Positions 12,240-22,898 of a stretch of 33,570 nt of DNA are shown piece after piece; within the stretch, counting starts at the first letter, position 1, and each line of letters begins with the position of its first letter. Both the position numbers and the translations under genes were made by a program. The notes under the pieces are model-generated. The model had not been told where the DNA came from, ran no database searches, and saw nothing but the letters and a program-made list of their open reading frames with translations. This stretch comes from Octopus sinensis (Eukaryota), in NCBI RefSeq assembly GCF_006345805.1, contig NW_021831983.1, positions 1 through 33,570 of the forward strand, given 5' to 3'.

Positions 12240-12700
12240 GGCTATTTCCTTCAGAAATATGTCACCGTATTTATTACAGGTCCCTCGCTAACCAGACAAG
12301 ATGGAGTCCGTCCATGAATTTTTCAGGCTCGTCGATGTAGTTCGAAGCTTTCGCGCAAAATGCGAATAGGAGAGAAGCGTACTCAAGAGGAAACAGTACG
12401 GCGAAGAATGATTGGAGCAAAATATCTTACTGCTGTATGCTGTATTTATGTGACGAGACAAAGTATGATTGACGGAAAGAAGAGAAGCCGGCTGTCTGTG
12501 TGAGATGGGTTAAACTTTGAAAATCCTTTATGTCATGTGGGAATTTCAGCAGCGTTTGTTTGTAGACTTGCAGTGTAGCCCTCACCAGAAGTCTATCGTC
12601 TGCCTGCCTTTGAGAGAAGACTGTTCGCGCCATCCTTCCTTATTTGTATTTGTTTGTCGTTATGTATTACATGCTCCGCTAATTCAGTATTAAACTTGAA
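12240..12700 (-). pseudogene. Possible decayed LINE ORF1-like fragment
   Basis: Minus-strand peptide QRQADDRLLVRATLQVYK..HDIKD weakly resembles DRTLEKTKQTRAAFLLYK..KDIKD at ~14825-14900 (5' part of the + strand LINE). No diagnostic motif. Confidence 0.3.
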
Positions 12701-13161
12701 GAGTTATATCTCTGTGCGTTGTATTAATAACTGTTGTTGGGTCTTGATATTTTTGTTTGTTTGTTTGGTTTCCTTACATGGCTGTTGTGGCTGTCATTCC
12801 TTTTTCCTGTCGTCGATTTTGTTCTGCTGCTTTGGTATTATTCCATTGGGTTCCACGTTTGGTTGTTTTTATAGTTCGTCTGGTTGTGTCTTGGCTGTTT
12901 TATGTTGTTTATGTTGTTGTTGTTAATATCATCGCGATAGCTTTGGTCGTTGGTTTCTGGATTGGGGGGACTTTGGAATTCCATCTACCTGTCAGTTTTT
13001 TTTTTCTTCTTTTTTTTTTCCTTTTTATCTGGGCGACGATTTTCTTTCTCTTCCAACAGACAGTCATAGACTTTCCTGATTTAGACTTCTTTGCCTCGTC
13101 AACTGACCGGATTTTGAAAAAATTGTAGAAACCAGGGAAGAATGAGACAAAATACTACTTG

Positions 13162-13522
13162 GTGGAAGCACTCCGTCGGTTACGACGATGAGGGTTCCGG
13201 TTGATCCGAATCAACGGAACAGCCTGCTCGTGAAATTAACGTGTAAGTGGCTGAGCATTCCACAGACACGTGTACCCTTAACGTAGTTCTCGGGGATATT
13301 CAGCGTGATACAGAGAGTGACAAGAAACAGGAACAGGAAGTAAGAGTGAGAGAAAGTTGTGGTGAAAGAGTACAGCAGGGATCACCACCATCCCCTGCCA
13401 GAGCCTCGTGGAGCTTTAGGTGTTTTCGCTCAATAAACACTCACAACGCCCGGTCTGAGAATCGAAACCGCGATCCTATGACCGCGAGTCCGCTGCCCTA
13501 ACCACTGGGCCATTACGCCTCC
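13162..13522 (-). mobile_element. tRNA-headed SINE family C, copy C1
   Basis: Minus-strand head GGAGGCGTAATGGCCCAGTGGTTAGGG, B box GGTTTCGATTCTC, TSD ACTACTTG at 13154-13161 and 13523-13530. It is homologous to C2 but lacks ~24 internal nt. Confidence 0.9.
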
Positions 13523-13917
13523 ACTACTTGATGCATGTGCCTCAATAGCGTTTATATTCGGTGTTTTTGGAGAGAGATTCTCTTCGACTCACAAACGCAC
13601 GATTTTGGTGTTACGTAATGGTATAAGTGTCGGTGCCTGCAGCTGACGTACCATTCTTATTGTTTCTGTTGCTTCCGCTGTTGCTGTTTCTAACTTTGTG
13701 GAAGTCGCTGATGCAATTGTTGTTGTCGTAGCTGCAGTTATGACAAGTTAGCAGCAGCTTACGTAATTTTACTCTCAATTTTCTTCGACATCTTGAAGCT
13801 ATAAGTAACAACTGAAACTGTCAAGTAATTTCGGGCTAACACCTTGTTATGTGCGTTTTGTTAAGATATCAAAACTATCAAAAGTTAGTTGTTTTTGTTA
13901 CTGTTATAATGATGATG

Positions 13918-13918
<1 letters not shown>

Positions 13919-13992
<74 letters not shown>

Positions 13993-14014
13993 GCAGTTAT
14001 TATTATTATTATTA

Positions 14015-14049
<35 letters not shown>
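13919..14049. repeat. Inverted (AAT)n-AGCAG-(TTA)n microsatellite pair
   Basis: (AAT)n at 13919-13991, a 5-nt spacer, then (TTA)n at 13997-14049. Confidence 0.95.
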
Positions 14050-14687
<638 letters not shown>

Positions 14688-15065
14688 CATGGTGATGAAA
14701 CCGTCCTGCTTACATTCGTCCAATGTTTTCTCCATCAACATGAAGAAAGCACGAAAAAAAAAAACACGGTGACGCTCATATGTCATAGAGGGTGAGAGAA
14801 TGAGGGGCGTCACCAAACGGCAAATGACAGAACGCTAGAGAAAACAAAGCAGACGAGAGCTGCATTTTTGTTATATAAAAAAAAAGGACATAAAAGACTG
14901 CAGGATCAATTTTTTTCGAGAAAGACCTCTTAGAAGATCTTCGGAAAAAATCAACGACTCCGTTTTCGACAACATTGTTCGAAATAAAAAACAAGCAGTT
15001 TCGAAAATGTTAACAATGAGAGCCCTTTTCGTGAGCGAAGTGACAGATGGTGCGAGTACAAGTAA

Positions 15066-15300
15066 CCTATTTCTTTACTCCCCACAAGGGGCCAAACACA
15101 GAGCGGACAAACAAGGACACACATAGGTATTAAGTCGATTACATCGACCCCAGTGCGTAACTGGTACTTAATTTATCGACCCCCGAAAGGATGAAAGGCA
15201 AAGTCGACCTCGGCGGAATTTGAACTCACAACGTAACGGCAGACGAAATACCGCTAAGCATTTCGCCCGGGCATGCTAACGTTTCTGCCAGCTCGCCACT
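15066..15300 (-). mobile_element. SINE family A monomer (A1 tail)
   Basis: Reverse complement of the 148-379 element. Confidence 0.9.
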
Positions 15301-16477
15301 AACCAGCAACAGCAGTAATAACCACAGCAACAAAGTGACAACAACATCAACAACAACAACAGCAGCAACAACAACAGCGTGACGACGATGACAGCAACGA
15401 AAGCAACAACAACAACAACTATAAGAACAACGAAGGAACGGAGAAACAAAAACGGGTGCATCGGCTCAGAATAGCTCTAAACTTTTCCTTCGGTGGAGTT
15501 ACCAAGTCATTTCTTCAGAGATTTGTATTCTCTGAAGAGGAACTTGAAAAACGTCCAGAGACGTTAGTTGAGAGAGACGGGTTAGCAGTAAAGCTAAATA
15601 CGTCGCCGCATAGTGACGTACCGTACAATCGGATCAAAATCAAGGAGGGCAGAAAGAGCCAGAGAGACTCAAGTACAGAAAGCTGTAGGTCCCGTCTGGA
15701 ATTTAAAGGAATATATTTCAGAGCGGAAGGAGATATGAAATGGTGGAGGTTAGATTCTGTACAAAGGAGGAAGCGAAATCTCACTCTCTGAATTCCCTCA
15801 AAATTGAAGAGCTGTTGTTTCTTTCAGTTCTATATTGTTGTTTCTTTCCTTTTTACTGCGGCAAAAGATCTGGGCGATATGATCATTCAGTAGGTGCCGC
15901 CGGAAATAGCCATTCCTTGGCTAATTGCTGCAGTAACGATAGACATCGAGGAAAACTCGAAAATCTTCGAAGCATATCAGAGCAAACAGGAGAACTGGTC
16001 CGGGACGATAGAACTCTTCATCCAAACGATCCAAAACAATGTGGATCCTATCCCGGACCAGATCCTTCATCCTGGAGGCGGCATTATTCAAGTCAGGTTA
16101 GATGGAAGGAAAGCAAAGTACCACATTTGCTTTTCGACTAATCATTCAAAAGCCTTCTGTCCTAGCTTGAATGAAACAGAGAGACGGGCAGCTCTCCTCC
16201 CTCCACCAACAACGGCCACCAGAACTCGAGTGACTACAGCAGCAGCAGCACCACCACCACCACCACCATCGCCATCAGCAGATTCAGCCGCGACATTACC
16301 AACACAAACAATCATACCGACACCGACTTTCCCAAACACTTCTTAACGCCCGAAGATGTTCCGCTTCTCGATGGGGAGCGGTTGGACATCACAGGTGGGA
16401 GAGTCGGTCCGTGATAAGGAGTAGAAGTTGAAAAAAACGGAAAAGAGACAGAAAGAACAATAAATATATAGACAAAT

Positions 16478-16878
16478 AGGCGCAGGAGTGGCTGTGTAGT
16501 AAGTAGCTTGCTAACCAACCACATGGTTCCGGGTTCAGTCCCACTGCGTGGCATCTTGGGCAAGTGTCTTCTGCTATAGCCCCGGGTCGACCAATGCCTT
16601 GTGAGTGGATTTGGTAGACGGAAACTGAAAGAAGCCTGTCGTATATATGTATATATATATATGTGTGTGTGTGTTTGTGTGTCTGTGTTTGTCCCCCTAG
16701 CATTGCTTGACAACCGATGCTGGTGTGTTTACGTCCCCGTCACTTAGCGGTTCGGCAAAAGAGACCGATAGAATAAGTACTGGGCTTACAAAGAATAAGT
16801 CCCGGGGTCGATTTGCTCGACTAAAGGTGGTGCTCCAGCATGGCCGCTGTCAAATGACTGAAACAAGTAAAAGAGTAA
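16478..16878 (+). mobile_element. SINE family B, copy B4, inserted in the + strand LINE
   Basis: Near-identical by eye to B3. Confidence 0.92.
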
Positions 16879-17145
16879 ACAACAACAATCCTCATCCTCA
16901 CAAGAAGTAGGAAGAAAAATAAATCAAACAACAAAAACAAATATACCCAAAACAAACACTGAATCGATACATCTCTAACATCTGAAACACACAACCGCAA
17001 CAGCAGCAACAATCACAACAGCATCAACAACAACAACAACAGCAACCGCAACCGCTGAGCCTGGATGCTGCGCATTCATCCATCCGTCGATGCTCTCGGT
17101 GTCGGGGGTTGACCTGCTTTCTCTTCTTCTGCGGGTCTTACAAAT

Positions 17146-17200
17146 AGCAAAGGACCACGTTTCGGACTTCTCCCACTAATGGGACGAAGACCGCTTCGCT
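17146..17200 (-). ncRNA. Hammerhead-like scaffold lacking the UGANGA core (dead remnant)
   Basis: Minus strand: AGCGAAG C | GGTCTTCGTCCCA-TTAG-TGGGAGAAGTCC | GAAAC GTG GTC | CTTTGCT. Stem I (7 bp), stem II, GAAA, stem III and the GUC triplet are all in place. Confidence 0.4.
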
Positions 17201-18244
17201 CAACAGACAAACAAACAAACAAACAGCAATAGCAACAACAACAAACACATATTAAAGAGACTAGCATTACAAAATTATATGGCAACAAGTTTCAAATTAA
17301 TGAATTAATGAAGTACATAACACACAAACATTATACAAGAATATTCTGTCACACCTACAATCTACCTACCTGCACACATACGTACATATCATTCAAACAA
17401 CACAAAACACATACAAACACATAGAAACCCAAATTCCCATAGGAAATCGGAGATTTTCGAAGGAATATCACCAAGAGAATTCTTGGTAATTTACTGATGA
17501 GAACACCCCAAGTCGACTGGGGCAATCCGCTCCTCAAAAAAAAAAAAAAATTAAAAAAAACAAAAGAAAAAACAAGTAAGTTTTCCTTTTATTTTCTTTT
17601 ACCGACAGCATGGTCGTGTACAGAATAGGCAGCGTGATCGTACGTGGCCTGGGGTTACCTTGGAAGCGGGGTTACCTACTCAATGACCTCAGGTCACTGA
17701 ATGTCGACGTGGTGACCATTAGTGAAACCAGAACTTCCGACTCACGGGACTTCCAATAATGAGGTGTATTTCCAAGTCTTCCGAGTGCAAGAGTCGGAGT
17801 CACCGTGATGGTTCCGAAAAAACTGGATCTTGCAATATGGACGATCTTCCTTGATCCAGAGGTTAAGTCGGTGGTCCTGGACGTGGCAGGCAGCGAAAGA
17901 CATACTTTCAGGCTCCTTGCCGTCTAAGACCTGACAGGGGCAGGACGACCAGATTTCTTCAGATGTCTTGAAACTTTCCTGGGAACGTCCCACTCTTTAG
18001 TGTTAGTGGGTGATTGAAATGGAGTTTCAGATGTAAAGTGGGACTGTGTGAGTTTAGCAGATTGGAGAGGAGGGTGCAAATGCCTCGCAAACCTGCTCAG
18101 ACGATTCCAACTGTCTCACGGGTATCGAATGTTAGTCTTATTTACACGCAAAACCTTCACAACACACACTCACACACATACACACAAATTCTTTTGTTTT
18201 GCCCTGTACTGTTCATAATGCTTTTCTTAATTGTTGTTAATGAA

Positions 18245-18261
18245 GAAATCATCATCATCAA

Positions 18262-18310
<49 letters not shown>

Positions 18311-18315
18311 GTCAA

Positions 18316-18352
<37 letters not shown>

Positions 18353-18357
18353 GTCAA

Positions 18358-18388
<31 letters not shown>

Positions 18389-18389
18389 G

Positions 18390-18424
<35 letters not shown>

Positions 18425-18507
18425 GTCGTCAACATCATCATCGTCATCATCATCATCATCATCGTCAACATCATCATCATCGTCATCATCATCATCATCA
18501 TCGTCAA

Positions 18508-18541
<34 letters not shown>

Positions 18542-18542
18542 G

Positions 18543-18574
<32 letters not shown>

Positions 18575-18686
18575 GTCGTCATCGTCGTCATCATCATCAT
18601 CGTCGTCGTCGTCATCATCATCATAATCATCATCATCATCATCATCATCGTCATCGTCATCATCATCATCATCATCATCATCATCG

Positions 18687-18718
<32 letters not shown>

Positions 18719-18902
18719 GTCATCATCATCATAATCATCATCACCATCATCATCATCATAATCATCATCACCATCATCATCATCATCATCGTCATCATCA
18801 TCATCATCATCGTCATCATCATCATCGTCGTCGTCGTCATCATCATCATAATCATCATCATCATCATCATCATCATCATAATCATCATCACCATCATCAT
18901 CG

Positions 18903-18952
<50 letters not shown>

Positions 18953-19043
18953 GTCATCATCATCATAATCATCATCATCATCATCATCATCATTGTCATC
19001 ATCATCGTCATCATCGCCATCATCATCGTCGTCATCATCATCA

Positions 19044-19094
<51 letters not shown>

Positions 19095-19198
19095 GTCATC
19101 ATCATCATAATCATCTCATCATCATCATCATCATCATCATCACATCATCATCGTCTCATCGCCATCATCATCGTCGTCACATCATCATCATCATCATC

Positions 19199-19265
<67 letters not shown>

Positions 19266-19289
19266 AGCAGCAGTATTATTATAATTATA

Positions 19290-19338
<49 letters not shown>
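18245..19338. repeat. ~1 kb (ATC)n microsatellite followed by (CAG)n and (ATT)n
   Basis: Direct reading, with periodic GTCAAC interruptions between ~18310 and 18510. Confidence 0.95.
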
Positions 19339-19640
19339 GAGACTATTACCTAGTGGTTAGAGTGTTTTACTCACATTTCCGAAATCGTGGTTTCAATTCC
19401 TAGACTGGGTGGAGTGTTGTGCTCTTGAGCAAAACACTTAATCTCACGTTTTTCTGTGATTACTTCAACACCTGAGGCGTGGTACCCTTGTGCACCCGTT
19501 CAGACAACGTTGATTTGATGGAATGAGGTGAGCTAATGTACGGCACATACCTTTGGTCACTATAAACAAATCATTTGTGCAGGTCGTTCAGCAAATGCTG
19601 AATGCTTAGTCATGCGTTATCTTCGACCGGAGAGTCTACC
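19339..19640 (+). mobile_element. Older tRNA-headed SINE (family E)
   Basis: A-box-like TACCTAGTGGTTAGAG, B-box-like GGTTTCAATTCC, then GTGCTCTTGAGCAAAACACTT (CORE/V-like start). Single diverged copy; the 3' end is approximate. Confidence 0.6.
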
Positions 19641-19696
19641 ATCAGCACTGTCATTGTAGTTGCTGTTGCTGCTGTCACTGGATGGATGGACAATAA

Positions 19697-20297
19697 GGCG
19701 GCGAGCTGGCAGAAGCGTTAGCACGCCGGGCGAAATGCTTAGCGATATTTCGTCTGCCGTTACGTTCTGAGTTCAAATTCCGCCGAGGTCGACTTTGCCT
19801 TTCATCCTTTCGGGGTCGATAAATTAAGTACCAGTTACGCACTGGGGTCGATGTAATCGACTTAATACCTATGTCTGTCCTTGTTTGTCCCCTCTGTGTT
19901 TAAGCCCCTTGTGGGTAATAAAGAAATAGGTATTTCGTCTGCCGTTACTTTCTGAGTTAAAATTCCGCCGAGGTCGACTTTGACTTTCATCCTTTCGGGG
20001 TCGATAAATAAATTACCAGTTACGCACTGGGGTCGATGTAATCGACTTAATACCTATGCCTGTCCTTGTTTGTCCCCTCTGTGTTTAGCCCCTTGTGGGT
20101 AATAAAGAAATAGGTATTTCGTCTGCCGTTACTTTCTGAGTTAAAATTCCGCCGAGGTCGACTTTGCCTTTCATCATTTCGGGGTCGATAAATTAAGTAC
20201 CAGTTACGCACTGGGGTCGATGTAATCGACTTAATACCTATGTCTGTCCTTGTTTGTCCCCTCTGTGTTTAGCCCCTTGTGGGTAATAAAGAAATAA
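19697..20297 (+). mobile_element. SINE family A tandem trimer with a single TSD
   Basis: One full unit plus two units starting at GGTATTTCG (19929, 20113; 184-bp period). TSD GATGGACAATAA at 19685-19696 and 20298-20309. Confidence 0.92.
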
Positions 20298-20660
20298 GAT
20301 GGACAATAAACACGAACAATAAGCTGCCATAGTAGTGGTAAGAGAGAAAGAAATTGGTAAAATTAATTCTCTTAAAGCAAAAAACGTCCTCGATGAAACG
20401 ACGAATTGAAAATGCGTGCAAGAGCTTATCTAATCCTATAAAGATAAGACGTGTACAATAGTAAACAACACATAGACGAAGGATTTATACAAGTCTTAAG
20501 GTAAACTTTCAGTTTTGAGAGGTAATATTCTTTAATTACGAAGAACTTGCAAATAGCAAACTGCTGGGGAAACTCATTTTACAAGTTTATGAATACGTTA
20601 TAATTTAACCAACATTTTAACGTGACTCTCGCATCATTCCAACATCCGAAGTGTTCACGG

Positions 20661-21043
20661 CCCTTTTCTACTCAAGGCACAAGGTCCGAAATTTTTAGGG
20701 AAGGAGGGCCAGTCGATTAGATCGACCCCAGTACGCAATTGGTACTTAATTTATTGACCCGGAAAGGATGAAAGGCATAGTCGGCGTCGGTGGAATTTGA
20801 ACTCACAACGTAAAGACAGACGAAATATAGCTAAGCATATATATAATATTTATATTTCTTTATTGCCCACAAAGGGCTAAATATAGAGGGGACAAACAAG
20901 CACAGACAAAAGGATTAAGTCGATTACATCGACCCCAGTGCGAGACTGGTACTTTATTTATCGACCCCGAAAGGATGAAAGGCAAAGTCGACCTCGGCGG
21001 AATTTGAACTCAGAACGTAAAGACAGACGAAATACCGCTAAGC

Positions 21044-21045
<2 letters not shown>
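20661..21045 (-). mobile_element. SINE family A dimer (A1-tail unit, then A2-tail unit), both 5'-truncated at ATGCTTAG
   Basis: Units at 21045-20853 (A1 tail) and 20838-20661 (A2 tail ending GGACCTTGTGCCTTGAGTAGAAAAG). Confidence 0.85.
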
Positions 21046-21083
<38 letters not shown>

Positions 21084-21185
21084 TCCGTAATAATGAAGGG
21101 TGAAATTAATTAATTTGGAATAATTATCAATTACACCAAGTAGTCTTCGGCATGTAAAAGCCTCATTCGAGGAAAATTTAAGTAA

Positions 21186-21347
21186 TACTAAGCAATAAAG
21201 GGTTTAGCAACGAATTGCCTACCACATACCGATTTAGAAATACTGAGATCTCCCTTTTTAGTAGAAGAAATAGCTATAACTCTTGACTGCTATTTCTAAA
21301 TTCGGTATGTGGTAAGGCAATTCGTTGCTAAACCCTTTATTGCTTAG

Positions 21348-21349
<2 letters not shown>
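21186..21349. repeat. 57/59-bp inverted repeat with a 48-nt loop, next to (TA)n
   Basis: 21186-21242 is the reverse complement of 21291-21349 apart from two 1-nt indels. Confidence 0.9.
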
Positions 21350-21380
<31 letters not shown>

Positions 21381-22636
21381 GGCATATTGAAACAGGAAGT
21401 GATCCGTGATCGCTCTTTTCAAATTCACCCGTCTGGAAGTGGGATTTTTTTTTTTTTTGTTATTTGATTGGTCTTAATTATGTTGTGTGCATATTCTAAA
21501 ATTTTATGAAGTTGAAAAAGAATTTAAACAATTTGAAATATTCACTCCCCTTCTCCATGCTTCCTATATTTAAATAAATATATATATATATATATATATG
21601 TAATTCTGACTGTGCATATCTCCACATATTTTTTAACACCCTTGTAATGCATTTTTTGTATGTATGAATGGGCTCTGGTGGCAATAAGAAAAAAAGCGTT
21701 AAATCTTGTCATCATTATTATTTGATTCATCAGCATTCTGTTTTATCGTCATTGTCATCTTCCCCGTCGTTTCTTTTTTTTATTTTCCCCCTTTTATATT
21801 TTTTTGTTCTTAAATTTTCTTTTGCAATAATTAAAAAAAAAAACCAAAAAAAACAAAACAAAAATAAATGTTTTCTAGTCTTGCTTATTCTTTGAAATTA
21901 TTTTTATTATTATCACCATCTTATATTCCTTTGTATTTTAGTATGTTATTCTCTGCTGTGACACCAATATTTTCACATGCATTTCTATTTAATAGCTGTC
22001 ACCTTTACTCACCTGTGCATGTTTCTTGTCTTGATCTTTATTTTCGCCCTTTCATTCTTAATGATATAAAAGACAGAAAAAAAAATTAGAATAAACTGCA
22101 AATAAAAAAACACAAACAAACAAAGAAAAACCTCCAAAAAATGCGCCCACCTTTAACCTACCTCACAGTCGTTTTTTTTTTCTTATTGTTGCAGTGGTTT
22201 TGTGATTTTGTTGTTTGAACGGAAGGCTGGAGTAACAATTAGCGACTGCCACTGCGGTTACACAATGTCTCTTTGGAATTTAGAACTTTTGACACCTTCA
22301 AAAGATAAAAGCAAACTGTAGCAAATAAGATACTACTTAGAAGTGTCAAAAGCTTGAAAAGTATATGCTAGGTATACCGTTAACGCAGCTAATGAGATGA
22401 CATTAAAGTGCTTCCAGGTAAGAAATTAACGGTGAGATGAAAAGAAGGCTTAACACAAATATCGGTAAAACATTAAAAAAACATATTTATTGTTCTCAAT
22501 GTACACATGCTAAATACATATCAAATAAAATATTAAAGATGATGATGATTAAAATGATGAAGGTGATGACGATGGTGATGATAGTGATGATGACAATAAT
22601 AAAATTTATTATTATTGTAATTATTATTATTATTAC

Positions 22637-22675
<39 letters not shown>

Positions 22676-22898
22676 CATTATTATTATGATTATTTGCCAC
22701 AGGGACTTACATAGAATGACATTAAATGACATGCAACAGCATAATAGGAAAACGAGACGATGCAATGGGTTTTACAACGTGTAACCATTTGAAAAAACAA
22801 AAAAAAAATTAAACAAATTAAAACTCCCAATAGAGGGGGCGCTCTAAGCCAAGGGTTCCTGATAAACAGCAAGAGCCCTTCTCCTTTAATTCTCTTTT

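Larger units (their letters stand above)
14820..18130 (+). mobile_element. Decayed L1/Tx1-type LINE (ORF1 plus APE start of ORF2), 3'-truncated and interrupted by later insertions
   Basis: ORF1 pieces MVEVRFCTKEEAK (15740) and VPPEIAIPWLIAAV..IPDQI..YHICFSTNHSKAFC (degenerate CCHC) align with ORF1 of the minus-strand LINE. 17600-18130 reads PWKRGYLLNDL..ISETR..FLGTSHSLVLVGD, homologous to the APE at 24450-25316. The 5' boundary is uncertain. Confidence 0.8.

Noticed and set aside
15470-15525. Minus-strand CTGAAGA...GAAA
   Set aside because: No stem II pairing and only a 3-bp stem I; it falls in ORF1 remnant sequence.
17494-17530. CTGATGAG followed by a CCCCA/TGGGG hairpin
   Set aside because: No GAAA after the stem and no stem I; it lies in LINE-derived sequence.
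18014-19403. 441-aa and 295-aa ORFs
   Set aside because: (ATC)n artefacts; the short unique N-terminus is out-of-frame LINE endonuclease sequence.
19697-20297. Regularly spaced repeats suggesting a CRISPR array
   Set aside because: Units are whole 184-bp SINE bodies with no unique spacers, in eukaryotic DNA.
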